Of a stretch of DNA of 64,000 bases, positions 36,401-47,928 are shown piece by piece. Position 1 is the stretch's first letter. The number at the start of each line of letters is the position of its first letter. The stretch is from assembly GCA_905178155.1 (NCBI GenBank), contig CAJINV010000001.1, positions 3,525,675 through 3,589,674 of the forward strand, read 5' to 3'. The notes under the pieces are model-generated. The model did no database searches. It had not been told where the DNA came from and worked only from the letters and a program-made list of their open reading frames with translations. The position numbers and the translations under genes were made by a program. Source of the DNA: Amoebophrya sp. A120. Its lineage: Eukaryota; Protista; Dinoflagellata.

Positions 36401-38643
36401 GCGCCGCGGTGCACGCGAGCACGGAGATGGCGGTGCTGCTGATCGCCCGGAATGCCAACCCGCTGCTGGGGGACGTGTACGGCAACACGTTCCTGCACAT
36501 CGCGGTGCTGCACGGCCGCGAGGACCACTGCCGGTCCTTCCACGAGTTCTTCCCCGACCTGTTTCACCGGTCCATGCGATCGCGCAACGGCTCGGCCCTC
36601 ACGCCGCTGGCGCTCTCCGTGTGCACGGGGCAGGCGTCGCTCTTTTCGGTCTTGTTGGAATTAGACAGTGAAATCGTCTGGTCCTACGGGCCCATGACCT
36701 GCCGAAAAATCCCTCTGCTCGTGCTGGACTCCCTGCTCGCCAAGCAGGTGCCCAACGAGGCAAATTTCGAGGATTTCGAAGAGGTGGACTACAACGAACA
36801 CGACGGCGCCCTCGTCCCCGGCTCCGTGCGGACCACAGCGGCTTCGCAGGCCGTCTCCGCGGCGAAGGGACAAAGGATTGGGGGCGAGGACACGTTAACC
36901 GCTTCGGAGGACGAGCTGGAGGTGAGCTTTTCGCTCTTCAAAAAGAAAAAGAAAAAAACCACCGCCGCGGAACAACAACAAGCCGGCGATGCCAAGAACA
37001 AGGTGAAGGACAACTTCGGAGGCGTGGCGGTTACGACGGCAGCGAAGAGCTTGGCGCCGGTGAAAGACTACGGCGGCAAGGGGAAGCAACGGGACTCCGT
37101 CGTGGAGACGGTTCTGCGGTTCCGGAAAAAGCCCATGCTGTCCGCGTTGGAGATCTTGTCGACACTGCGGCTCTCGTCGCTGTGCGGCACGCCCATCATC
37201 GTCGAGCTGCAGATGGGTAAGTGGGACCAGTACGCGCGGAAGCTGAACTACGCGTACCTGTTTGTGGACCTGATCATTTTATTCCTGCTGGTTCTCAGCC
37301 TGTCCCACGTGGTGCCCGCGGCGGTGTCGCTCTTTACGCTGATCGGGTTCGCCGTGCTCGAGATATCGGTGCAGATGCACTTTCGGGGGTGGAAGAAAAT
37401 GATTCGGTCCTACCCTACCTCCGGGCTCGTAGCCAAGTTCGTGTTCTCCGCGCTGCTGACCGTAGGGTACGTGTTGGAGCTGGTGGGGGGGGATGAGGAG
37501 AACGCGTACAAAGTGTCCACTAGCACCTACTTGTACGCGATTGCGTCCATCATCGGGATGCTCAAGTTTATGGTGTACCTGCGCCCGTTCCGGCTGATCG
37601 GGCCCTTTATTGTGATCATCGAAAAGATTCTGGTACACGACTTCTTGATCTTTATGGTCATCTACCTGGTATTCACGATTGGCTTCCTGGCGTACTTTAT
37701 CGCTGTCATAACGCACGGCGGTCTCACACTCGCCGGAGGCGATAATACCGCGCTTGGGTCGAGAGGATCTGGGTCCACAGGCCAGCACCTTGATTTTTCG
37801 AATGCGAGCAATGGAACTACAGCAGGAACATCAAGCGCGGCCGCGTCAGCACTAGTACAGTTGCAAGTCGATGAGGGGCGCGGAAGAAGAATTTCGGATA
37901 GTAATTTCCCCAGAATACATCCGGCGCCGTTTGACCATCTGTTGGGTGGGGGTGCACCGCATGAAGATCTTCTGGGCACGTCTAGTACATCAGACCCGAC
38001 CACCCCCACACCGTCCGCGCACCCGTCGCTTCCCACCGGCCCGTTTGAGGTGTGGCACTTTCTGTTCGCTGCCAGTCTGGGGGAGCTCAGTGACCAGATT
38101 CACAACGCGGAGTGGCCGATCACCACCTTGATGTTGTACGAGTGTTACGTGTTCCTTTCGGCGTTGCTGGCCATGCCCCTGCTGATTTCTATGATGTCGG
38201 ATACTTACTCCCGTATCCGGGTGGACGCGCGCAACGAGTGGGTGCTCGAGCGGATAAAGACGATCCTGACCGTGGAACGGTCCGCCCTGGCAAACTTCCT
38301 GCCGCTCAGTAAGATGCGGCCCAAGCACCAGGAGCGGACGAACGACCTGGTGTTGAGCAACGGGCGACGGGTGGAGAACTGGGTCCTGCTCATGCAGGAG
38401 TTCAACGACCCGTATGCGAACGCTGCCGGACCGGTGATCGCCGAAGACCCGATCACGCAGCAGCCGATCACGCAACCGCAGACCCAGCAGATTCAGATTC
38501 AAAATGGCCCGGACGCGTTCTCGTCGTTCAATCCGGCTGCCATGTCGATGACGATGAACAGATTCACCAGGGCCTCGACCACCCACGTCGGCGGGGCTCC
38601 TGGAGCCGCGGCGAAGAGCTTCAGAAGCCACAAACTGGTCTGA
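33475..38643 (+). CDS. TRPV-like cation channel with ankyrin repeats (intronless; start uncertain)
   Basis: GESILHIC, YRGETALHIAI, GADLTAQVTGSFF, GALPLSCAA, GNTFLHIAV, LTPLALS. Six-TM region with IGPFIVIIEKILVHDFLIF. S6/TRP box LLISMMSDTY…EWVLERIKTILTVER. Confidence 0.9.
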   Translation: MCGFASRRVLARALYAAVLHWSERGDFVFGFNLLNSHGPNRRRPEEGNKASAARDNNIRVGQKRSASLGSKDSLTSASTVKVKATDEDDIPSYYASGEAATSSVTEVVARADADEPELRAGTRRYTPPRHEDFQNFPNSEEDVEDEAFINLLSSDDEMEAIHGRDTSTPPDRSGTSTWKTTLLPPHEDEIDSNNSHDADSSRSSRPVGAAAKIDRGGGRRPTTSRHARSTSSSRRPSVVLLETEGKMTTSTQRTDDLPNNHQDGGGRTSTLITTKTMNVLCMAVLFTILPCLVFILIMCVDTERISVKETEKLFGTVCPGFEAFTDSTQRFTFADQNTQTTTTKAEEAARHIICSDADGEPLCYALVNFQQGALVALVEDFLDEFGGDGADPDAIDTGMLFDRIDAYLDEGVGTGHGPAAPEMTPAEKEKMKKTFFGRKNPKGRQGAAAAKDQQAAQLVGSIRRSLDKMAAEGKKSGMRVEKSGVLRSEKSGVMHGGLLLPGDQQRGGSRHVNFASSNKTINQTLAPERMNASAASKNSKNSLQINPNIPPGAGGGQIFRITHDEDNERATEGHFGRGEEDEADPLAADDPLAEGEGESTRSLALLSGIDEDHASDGESFTSEIEELIDEAEELPIALALQQEFQGSSREATTPASSGRGTTTPRRDHRRAEGSATKTYGRNSTQEFLLLSASGDPATFPPDGLTPAARGGAHMTDLSAGARERGKANFRRIVRKLIAIQQGDFAQLSWRDVALHGRGALGESILHICLFLNTPAHRVLVHYLVVKLGHRVCWQREFQATTLREKKDDDPNDLEYRKGTEKDEQGHASPEDSGLYGSLHKGKRAGKRKRPPAQPRPEGEQLPGANPLVLAEGEKSGRGRPRIEEGAAEDNNEAQIPTRDLASGQDVGNVKKRAIAYVSAAYTVRAYRGETALHIAIMNDDLLSVELLIDHGADLTAQVTGSFFTGRLYSGALPLSCAAVHASTEMAVLLIARNANPLLGDVYGNTFLHIAVLHGREDHCRSFHEFFPDLFHRSMRSRNGSALTPLALSVCTGQASLFSVLLELDSEIVWSYGPMTCRKIPLLVLDSLLAKQVPNEANFEDFEEVDYNEHDGALVPGSVRTTAASQAVSAAKGQRIGGEDTLTASEDELEVSFSLFKKKKKKTTAAEQQQAGDAKNKVKDNFGGVAVTTAAKSLAPVKDYGGKGKQRDSVVETVLRFRKKPMLSALEILSTLRLSSLCGTPIIVELQMGKWDQYARKLNYAYLFVDLIILFLLVLSLSHVVPAAVSLFTLIGFAVLEISVQMHFRGWKKMIRSYPTSGLVAKFVFSALLTVGYVLELVGGDEENAYKVSTSTYLYAIASIIGMLKFMVYLRPFRLIGPFIVIIEKILVHDFLIFMVIYLVFTIGFLAYFIAVITHGGLTLAGGDNTALGSRGSGSTGQHLDFSNASNGTTAGTSSAAASALVQLQVDEGRGRRISDSNFPRIHPAPFDHLLGGGAPHEDLLGTSSTSDPTTPTPSAHPSLPTGPFEVWHFLFAASLGELSDQIHNAEWPITTLMLYECYVFLSALLAMPLLISMMSDTYSRIRVDARNEWVLERIKTILTVERSALANFLPLSKMRPKHQERTNDLVLSNGRRVENWVLLMQEFNDPYANAAGPVIAEDPITQQPITQPQTQQIQIQNGPDAFSSFNPAAMSMTMNRFTRASTTHVGGAPGAAAKSFRSHKLV

Positions 38644-39431
38644 TAATGCGCCGGTCGGGTGCTCGGAATCACTTATTTTGATGTATGATGATTTATTTTT
38701 TAACATTTACTTTTTCTACACTACAGGTCACTAGCTATTTCTGGAAATTTTTATTTTGCACGGCTACGTGTCGGAGCTTCAGCTTCAGCTTTTCTTTTTA
38801 CGAGGAGCTCCATTTTCTGGTACTGGTTGAGGAAAATAGAGGAGATAAGCGCAACGCTTTTAGCTTTGTTTTTCGCCAAATACCTACTACAGTTTTGAAA
38901 TTTAAAATTTTCTTTTATCTAGTACTAGTTTGTCGGCAGGAGCCGACTGTTACTAGCTTTTTACCCACGCTACTAACTACCATCATGCTAAGCGAAGCGA
39001 AGCTTCTCGCAAGGAGCAGCGTAGCAACAACATTTCTAGACCCTTTCAATTCCATTTATTACGGTTTCCAACATTGCAGCGCCCTCGCATAGGCCGTTCA
39101 AAGACCCAAAGTCTACGGGGTTGAGTGCCTGTTCGGTTCGTATTCGCTCGTCGTCGTCGTCGTCGTTGTCGTCGGGCGTACTTCATCTCCTCGCCCCCTT
39201 GATATTGCCATATCTTGCAGCTTCTTGAGTCTGCTTCGTCTTCGCCAAGGATCCACTCGCCAGAGACGAGAGAGTCGCACGAGCGTGAGTCAGAGTTCGT
39301 TTGCACAAGAGTTCGTAGTTGCCTTGTAACGGGCGGCTGCTCCTTGAATTTTTGATCATCCGCCGACTAGGCAGACCAGGAGCAAATAATTTTCATGTGA
39401 GCGAGGGCGAGCACGCCATGGTGTGAAGACT

Positions 39432-40291
39432 ATGGGCTGGTTTGGTAGCATCTTCGACGTTCTTTCAGGCCCAGCTAATCTTGACGATGGGCGCGACCAC
39501 CATCAGGAGATTACGCGCTCAGGGGCCCCCGAGTTGGCGCACTTGCACCAACAGCAGCTTCCGGGTGCCCGGTCGCGCAACTATCTGGGCAGCCGACGAC
39601 ATCAGCTTTTTTCGCAGGTACAATTGCGCAGTGGCACCAACATCAAGACCTCGTTCGGCACGCAGGACGATTACTACTGGTACTTTTTTCCGGATAAAGA
39701 TCGACAGTCGCTGCTCGAGCGTGTTCCGTTGTTCAGTGAGATTGACAATCTCGGTTTCGTGCCGCAGAAGCTGGACTCCATCGCGCGGCAACAGGGTATG
39801 TTCAGCGATGGCGGAGAGTTCACGACGTGCTTCCGCCGTCCCCTGGCGCAGCGCCGCCCCGGCAAGGGCCAGCCGATGGTATATCCAAGCTTTCGGCAAG
39901 TGCACGCGGCCGGGTTCGAAACGGCTACGGGGAGCAAGTTGGTGCGGTACCTACTGCCGTCCACAACCTATGCAAAGCTTCCCGGTGATCGAGACCGCGC
40001 CATCGGGGCCCGATTTAACCAGGGCACGGCGGATTCGCCGGACTGGATCTGGTGTCTGTGGAACAATATGCATTGCAAAAGTATCGTACTACGTATAAAT
40101 TGCATTACAAATTTTCCCAAGAAAAAAACTCAATTTGTCATGCTATTTCAGGTAGAAATTTGGATTTATCATGCATATCTGCAATTAGTACGAGTGCAAT
40201 ACTTTTGCACAGGATAAGCAAGGTGTACAAGGACGATGTCAAGACCTCAGACTTCATTCGGAAAGACACACCTGGGCTATGGATACTGTAA
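39432..40291 (+). CDS. Hypothetical protein; 2 exons (39432-40066, 40222-40291) split by introner E3
   Basis: Removing the TIR element plus one direct repeat joins …WCLWNK-VYKDDVK…GLWIL*. Confidence 0.6.
40067..40216. mobile_element. Introner E3: short TIR element acting as a non-canonical intron (155 nt removed)
   Basis: TIR tatgcattgcaaaagtatcgtact / agtgcaatacttttgcacaggata. Near-direct repeat AACAA (40062-40066) / AGCAA (40217-40221). Contains ATTTGTCATGC. Confidence 0.8.
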
Positions 40292-41165
40292 CAGTGTTGA
40301 CCGTGTTCACGTGGTGGTACGGCTTTTGCTGTTAATAGCTGCAGACGAGATCGAGAAGAGAGCTCTCATGTTGTCAGGGCCAGATAATGAACATGAACTG
40401 TTGATGTGGACTTGGAATGTTTGCGAGCGAATGAGCCCATTAAAGAGACGGCTGTCCTCGGTGGACAGAAGAGCTTCGACGGAAAAGAGTCATACTTTTT
40501 TGGTGTCCGTGTTTCATGTCAAATGACCCAGGAGAAGATCGAGCTTCATTTGAGTTGATATACTTGTGTTCACCACCAGGATTGGAAAACTTCGGTTCTT
40601 CGTGATCGGTCTAGCAGAAGTAGGAACGTGTACATGATTGGGGAACTAAGAAGTACTGGCTCGACAGGGAAAAAAGTACATCGGTGTCTTTATTTCTGTT
40701 GCAACGAGCAGATTGAAGATTATGATTAAGGTCAAGTTCATGATAGAAGATCGGGCGCTTTGATCGCCGGGCCTGAAACCCGAGCGCACGAATCGCAATC
40801 GCGTAGGTGATGTCGTTGTTGCCTTTCATCTTTTAAGTTGTGTCTTCAAAATCTATCTTCGACCGTTCTAGTACCTGGCTATAATTCTGTGTTTATTTTT
40901 GGCAGGACTTGAAGCAACGGCAACGCCCAAGAGACGTCGTTCCCCTGGTAGCAGATAGGCAATTGACAGTCATTGCAGCTATTGCTATTAGTGCTTGACT
41001 CGCTCGGTATTCAGGAAGGCGAAGGAGAGGTCGCACAACGACATAATAATTCAGTAGATCGAAGATCTCGCGGCTGCATAGCAGGATCGATTTTTACTTT
41101 GCCGAGTGTACAAATACACACACAGGATCGGGTTCTTCTTGAGAAGGTTTCAGATGTTTTCTTAA

Positions 41166-43402
41166 ATGCCCGACAGGGCTTCCATAATGCCCGAGGACGA
41201 AGAGAACAACCCTGTAGTTGTAACTGCATCGGCGGAGCAAGGCGCAGGAGGCCTCTCACAATCGGAAATGGCGGAACAGGTGACCCCGGAGAAGCCCAAA
41301 GACGCAGGAGCCTCGACTTCCGCCCCGCCCGAGGATGCGGACCAAGCGCCGACGCCGCCGCGCCTGTATTGGCTGGATTGGTGCCGCACCCAGAGCGTGT
41401 GGAACGTGGTATGCGGCCATGTGTGGTGGACGATAAGTGACGAGACGGAGTTCGCGCAGAGTCAAAACGAGACGTACCGGTTTGCGGATTTGGGAAACAA
41501 CAAGATTCCGAAGCCCGGCAAGGTGTTGACAAACAAGGTCACCGACCGGGTGTGGAAGAACAACGTGATGTTTAGCAATGTGTATATGACGTACACGAAC
41601 AACGGGAGCGTCGCGCTCACCGAGTCCATGGCCCGCCAGCGCGAAAACAGCAACATGTGGGAGTACGTCGTGGAGCAGGGCACGCTGCACACCATCCCGC
41701 TCTTTTTCCTACTGTCCGGCTACATCAGTGCGGCGGTTTCCGGGTTCAAGGGGCGGAACACAGTCGCTCCGGTCCTGGATCAGTACCTCGACAAAACGCC
41801 GGATAGTACCACAGGAGGAGCAGAATTTCCGAAACTCGAGAAGTACGTGGAAAAGCTGAGTTCGAAGGTGGGCGAAGACGCCTTCCACCACTTTTGCGCC
41901 CGCCGGTTCAAGCGGTTGATACTTCCGTTTATTTTCGGGTCCGTGTGCAGCGTGATCCCCCGGTCTCTGATGCGAGACGAATTCGGGGCGCTCACTGTGA
42001 TCGAGTCAGAAATGTGGTTCTTGTACGCGCTCTGGGGCTTCGCGTGCGCCAACTACGCCTGGGGCCAGTACGCGCACTACTACAAGGCGTTATTCGAAAT
42101 GGACTACGTGAAAGCCGGACAGAGGTGCATACTGGGCGAGGGTACTTGATTTTTGAAACCGCAACGTGAATTTGTTCCATTTTTTTTGCAACACTCTCCA
42201 TGCTGGATCAGAGTTGTTCCAAAGGCTATTTTTGAGAACTTTGATGTTCATAGAGCAGGTGGCTATGGAAAAAGAAATAAAAACCTAATTATGCATTGCA
42301 GTTGCCGCTCCGGCCTCCGATGCTTTCAAAGAGCAGCGTGGAATGGTGCAAAAGTGGTGCTTGATCTACGGCGTCGTGGCGCAGCTGGTGAACTGGGTGA
42401 TTCCGGTGGTCGCAAACGTGGTCTTTAATTCGGACGGCATGAAGACCTGGTGGTGGTTGACGCTGGGCGTCACCTGCCTGATAACCATGGTCCTGCAGTT
42501 CTTTGCGCTCTTCATGCTTTCCGGATCGCAGAAGGGTATGCACCTGCTCGCGACGCAGTGCGTCGTGCTGTTTTCCATCGTGATGTTTATCCCGATGACC
42601 TTCGTGCTGGCGGCACCGCGCCTGAAGGAAGACGCCGAGTCGGACTTTTTGAGCGTGAACATGTGGTTCGTCATGATGCTGTTTGAGATGCTGTACATGT
42701 TCGGCTACTTCCTCGCCCTCTTCCAGTCGCACCTGTCCCACGTGCGGCGAATGCTGCTGCCGAACCACACCTTTGGCGTCGTTATCCTGCTTTTGTCGGC
42801 CATATGGCCGGTCGCCACCTTCTGGGGGGCGCGGTCGGCACGACGGGTCGGGCCGTTTCTGACCTTCTACGACGACCAACAAAGACTCCTTGGACTGCTC
42901 AGGAGCTGGCTCTGGATGGCCGTGCTCGCAGGTAAGTAGTTAATATGCTGGTTAGGTGGAAGGATAAGTTTGTTGCATTGATCTGTTTCGGTTACCATCT
43001 GTGAATGCTTTTTTCCAGTGATTTTAGTCTTTCTTTCGCCGTAGTTCGTTGTGGAATAGTGATATACGCATGGGTCATGTGGTCGTGATTGCGCGGCAAA
43101 TTTAGCGGACCGAAAATATCCAAAACAAAACAAAACGACCAGCCTTCGCCTACTATTTCGCAAACGGGACGGTGACACCTGCGGTCCACAAACACATCAC
43201 GCAGAGTGCAATGGTGGTGTACGTTTTTCACCGGTTCGCTGAGGAGCTGTGGTTGCGGGCCCTGCTGGAAAAGGACAGCAATCGGGACGAGATTGCCGCT
43301 AGCACGATAGTGCTGGTGCTGCTCAGCTGCATGGGGTTATACGCGATCTTACAATCCAATTGGGTCACCCGACTGATGTTCGGATTAACCAAAATCGCCT
43401 AG
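41166..43402 (+). CDS. Acyltransferase-3 (OpgC/OafA-like) multi-pass membrane protein; introns 42142-42301 and 42932-43142
   Basis: LYWLDWCR…CGH, IPLFFLLSGY, RRFKRLILPF, MWFLYALW and VYVFH motifs. Confidence 0.8.
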
Positions 43403-44107
43403 AGGGTTGCATTTCCTGTCTCTCGGTGATTTGCCCCTGGAGAACTGTCTCTACTAAAAACCTGCAAAGGTTTTTACGAGCGTTTTTTACAACATTATGC
43501 GCACTCGTTTTCCACACTACACTACTTATTACAACATTATCGCTTTATTTTGTGGAGAAGTTTGAGTGTCACATCGATAAACAGATAATTTTGCTAGTTC
43601 ATCCTACCCCCGCTCCACAGCGAGCTCCTTGTGTATTAAAGGTAAAGACTCATGATCTCGACGCAGACTCTCATTGTAAAGATGGGTAGACTTCTGCCAA
43701 CCACTTTATGTGACCGCTTGGTCAACATCCCATCTGCCGCACGGATTTCTAAATGACTCCCCATCCTGTATTTGGCTGTACTGTGCTACTGCCCCGCATC
43801 AGACGCAAAAATTGTTCGTGCATCTTCGGGAGGTATTCCCTTATACCCGTGGGCTTTGATGTCCGTGTTCGAGCCGGTGCAAAATGCCATTTGCAGGAGC
43901 TTTCGTTTTGTATAGTAAAGCAAAACAAGGAAAACTTTGATACTCGGCTTTGGATTTCTTTCGTTAGACAGGTTTCTTGGCTCGCTACAGGAAGAGGAGA
44001 CGAGTCAGCGATATTACCAGCATCAATTTTGCCGCGGCCTAGGCGTAAGGCATCGGAGATTGTTTTTTTCCGAAGACAAAACTAACGTGTCTTCAGTCGC
44101 CGAAATT

Positions 44108-47100
44108 ATGGAAAGTCGGCGACGATTGCTTCGGTGCAGCAGCACATTTACCTCGGTCCACATGTGGCAGCTCTCGTGCAGCTTGCGGTTCGTGGGAAAA
44201 AAACTTCGCATCATCTGTACTCTTTCTCACCTCCTGCTCCTCTGTCTGCTGTTTCTTCTCCATGCGGGTGAAGCTGCAGAAGGTAAAAAACCAAGCGCCG
44301 AAATAAAATACGGAAATGTGAAGCAGGTGTACGTGGTGATGAGCAGCCATTTTGACGAGGGGTACACCGATTTTGCCGTGCCGGTTCTGAACCGGTACTT
44401 TCAAGAGTTTTTTCCCGCTGCGGTGAAAACGGTGGAGTTGCTGAAAAAACGACACCCGAAAACGGAACACACTCGCAACCCACCACGGTTGGTCTACACC
44501 TTGGACGGACCTTGGCTCGCTAGCATGTACCTGCAGGACTGTGCCTTTTTGCAGAAAAAGGGCGTCATTCCGGGTTTAAGTTGTCCGACGGAAGCAGAGC
44601 AGTACCAGTTTCGCCAAGCGTTAAAAGACGGCGACATAGCCCTCACGGCTAGTCCCTTCAACGCGCAAGTGGAACATGGGAGCGGTTTTCTGTTCAGGTA
44701 CGGATTAGAGCTCGTGCGGGGCTTGGCCGGTGAAGTCGGAATATCGCGCAGTCGTGGGCGCGTCACTTTCAGTCAGCGCGACGTGCCCTTCACGACCGTT
44801 GCTGCGCTGCCGATACTGCGCGAGTACGGTGTTCGTTTGGTCAGCATCGGCGAGAATATTTTTTCTTCGGTCCCGAAAATTCCGGCGCCAATTTTTCTCT
44901 GGAGAGAAAGGGAGCAGACGAAGAAATTACACGGCGGAGTGAAAGCTGAACAGGCTGGCCAAAAAAAATCCGACACGGACGAGAATGAGCAGGGATTCGT
45001 GACTATTTGGAACCGAAATTATGGGAACTTCGAGCTTCTTCCCTCCGGCAAATGGGAGTTCACGAGCGAGCCCTTCCTTCTGGCTGACACCGCCTTGGTG
45101 ATCGCCTTCAAGAACGATAATCAAGGCCCTTTCAATGCGACCGAAGTGGAGCAAATTTTCGGTGCGTTACAAATCTTCTTCCCGACCGCAGCACGCCTGG
45201 AAAACGGGATCGTTTCGACCAGTTACGACACTTTTGCGGAAAAGATTTGGCCGCGCCGGCACTCGCTTCCCGTAGTTTCGCGAGAAATCGGGGACATCTG
45301 GCTTTATGGCGTGCAAAGTGACTTCTTGAAGTCTGCCAGCACACGAATCGTGATGCGCGAGGCTGAGAAGTTCATTTGCGGGAAGACCTCGCAAACAACT
45401 TCTACAGAAACACAACCAGGTCTAGAATTCGATGACGACGGGGGCGAGGCAAAGTCGAAACACGACACCACGTCCTGTTTTGACCATTTCTATTTCAGTA
45501 AAAGAGTCGCCGACCTGCAAAAAAACGACCCCGCGCTCTGGCATTTCATGCGGCTCTTCATTGGCAGCACCGAGCACACCTGGGGGCTAGCAGGTAACGC
45601 CCGGGTTGAGGCAGCGAACAAAACAAACTTGTGGAGCAATGCGGGTTTTGATAACGACCGGAAAAGCAACAAGACCTCTGTCTTCAACGAAGTGGACGCC
45701 GCCTACCTAGAACAGCGAAACTTGCACTTGTTCTGGCCGTTGCTGCGCATTTTGAAACGGGACGCGCATCCACTGGGGGATATCCTTCTAGAGCGCCTAC
45801 GAGCTGAGCTTGGGCTCTCCCTGGACGAAGATCTTCACGTCGGAAAAGGGGAAAGAACAAAGAGAACCGAAGACGCCAGCCAGCTTGGCGGGCCGTCAGG
45901 GGAACCACGCGCGAAGATGCTGCCGCCCGCAAAGGACATCTTGTTACGCGCGGACCTCAACGCGCATTTTTGGTCAGAAGTCACAGTTTCCACCCAATCT
46001 GGTGAACTACTACCCGCAGCCTTCTCGGTGTTGATTCCAGAAAGCGAATTGTTAGCATCCGGCCACCTCGTACTTCGAAAAAACTTCAAAAAGACTTCAA
46101 AGATGAGTTCAGTGCGAGTTCAATACGAACGCCGACAAAATCCTATATTTATCATAAAGTCACTTGACCTGTTGCAAAATCGAAGAGAGCCAGCGTTTCT
46201 GTCGAAAGTCAGCTGACTTTGCGTGGAGTTTGCAATAACTCAAATGACTTTTTGCGGAATTTGCACCAAAAAAAGTCAATTGACTTTGTGCTAATTTCAA
46301 GAAAAGCCAAATGCCTTTTCCTGAATTCGGCTCATTTCACAGACAGGCAGCAAAAGTTTGAAGAATGTGCCCAATTTTTTTGCAGAAGTCAGTTGACTTT
46401 TCTGGGAATTAGCATAAAGTCAATTGACTTTTTTTGATGCAAATTCCGCACAAAGTCATTTGACCTTGCCTGGAAGTTGTCAAAAGTCAGGCGACCTGTG
46501 CCCTTTTTGAAGTCAACGGATTTGGGCAAATTATTGAACTCGGATTAAACTCGTAATGAGCTCGCTTTTGAACTCGTGCTCCGGTCTTTTTGAAAACTCT
46601 AAAAGTACGAGGTGGTCCCGTGCTAAGAATTGCTGGTCTGTTTTGATTACCACGGCGCGTTGCGCGGGGTGTTTCAACATCGGGCAACATCGACTGGACG
46701 ACAGACAAGTACAGAAGGAAGCAAACAATACGAGCCAAAAATCTGCACGAATTGTCCACCCGAACTTGAGCCGGGGTACAAAATTGGGCAATATGTTTAC
46801 CAAGCGTTGAGTGCGGCAAACATGACACAGTTTGTCGAGGAATTCGGGACCACCGACGCTTTTGATTTCAGCAAGCCCGGGCTAAAGAAGCATCAAGCAA
46901 ATTACACAGAGTACTTGCCGCGCGTGCGGGAAGTGATTGTTTCCATCGACAGAGGCGGGAGGGGTAGCACGAGCAAGGAAGCAGAAGACGAAAGTGGTGA
47001 AGAGGAAAATTATGGGACATCGACCACAAGAAAAAAGAATTCCATCACGCTTGTTTTGGACTGGGCGGTCGACTGCAAGTTGACAATGTCACGACATTGT

Positions 47101-47928
47101 CTCAGAAGCGACGCGCCTCTTCCATTCGAGGAATACGGGGCGCCTCAGCAAGTCGTGACGCGTTTCGCAATTTCAATTCCTGAAAGGTTTGACAAGAAAG
47201 CGGATACGGCTGCGGAAAAAGCGCACATCAAACAAGACACGGCTGCCGAGATTAAGCTGGATGTGCTTCTGCAAGACAAAAGACCGACCCGCCTTCCCGA
47301 GGTTTCCTGGATTCTGTTCTCTGCGGGGGTTCCTACAGTGCAACAACATGGTGCAAGCACATCACGCTGCCGGGGCCGAAAGTTAGGCCGCTACGTGGAC
47401 CTGTGTGAAGGTGGAGCTGACGACAGTACTATTCCAGGCTCTTTTGCTCTTGCAAGTCCGCACCAGCACGGAGTTTACAGCGAAAGGCCAGAGAAACATC
47501 CCGCGATCGTCTGTGAAAGGACGACCGTAGAGCAGGCCGCCAGTTCTGACACGACCTCCGCAAAAGTTAATAGCTACCACGCACTCGGCGTGTCTCCACT
47601 GCACACAACACTTGTAGTGTTGTGGGACAAGAAGAAGGAAACGGCATTACTTCCGCCCGCTTTCCCGACCCCGTATAATCCACCCGAATGCTCGCCACGA
47701 TTCGGCTTTGTCATTCACGACAATTTGTGGAACACAAATTATCCAGCCTGGTACCCGATCGGCGGCCCTTTTCGCGCAGATGAAAAAAGAGACCAAAACC
47801 TCCGCGCATCCTGGCAAATTTCAACGCAAATAATCCACGAGGCGGTCGGGGAAGATGCAGCAGTTCCTGCGGAACGAAAGCTGCTGCCCGACGGTAATAT
47901 GGCGGACACCACGGCGGTCTTTGTGTAA
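44108..47928 (+). CDS. DUF5054 / GH38-N-like putative glycoside hydrolase; 2 exons (44108-46051, 46633-47928) split by foldback introner E5
   Basis: Hydrophobic leader, VMSSHFDEGYTD, QRDVP, DNQGP, EIGDIWLYGVQSD, EHTWG, KRPTRLPE, LWNTNYPAW. Confidence 0.75.
46052..46626. mobile_element. Introner E5: foldback-type element acting as a non-canonical intron (581 nt removed)
   Basis: TIR ttagcatccggccacctcgtactt…ttcaaaaagac / gtctttttgaa…aagtacgaggtggtcccgtgctaa. 6-bp direct repeat GAATTG at 46046-46051 and 46627-46632. Removal gives …SEL-LVCFDYHG…. Confidence 0.88.

Noticed and set aside
39148-39174. (TCG)n microsatellite
   Set aside because: An ordinary short simple repeat.
46156-46497. CRISPR-like array of palindromic repeats
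   Set aside because: The repeats are only about 16 bp with irregular, mirror-related spacers. There are no cas genes and the context is a eukaryotic intron.
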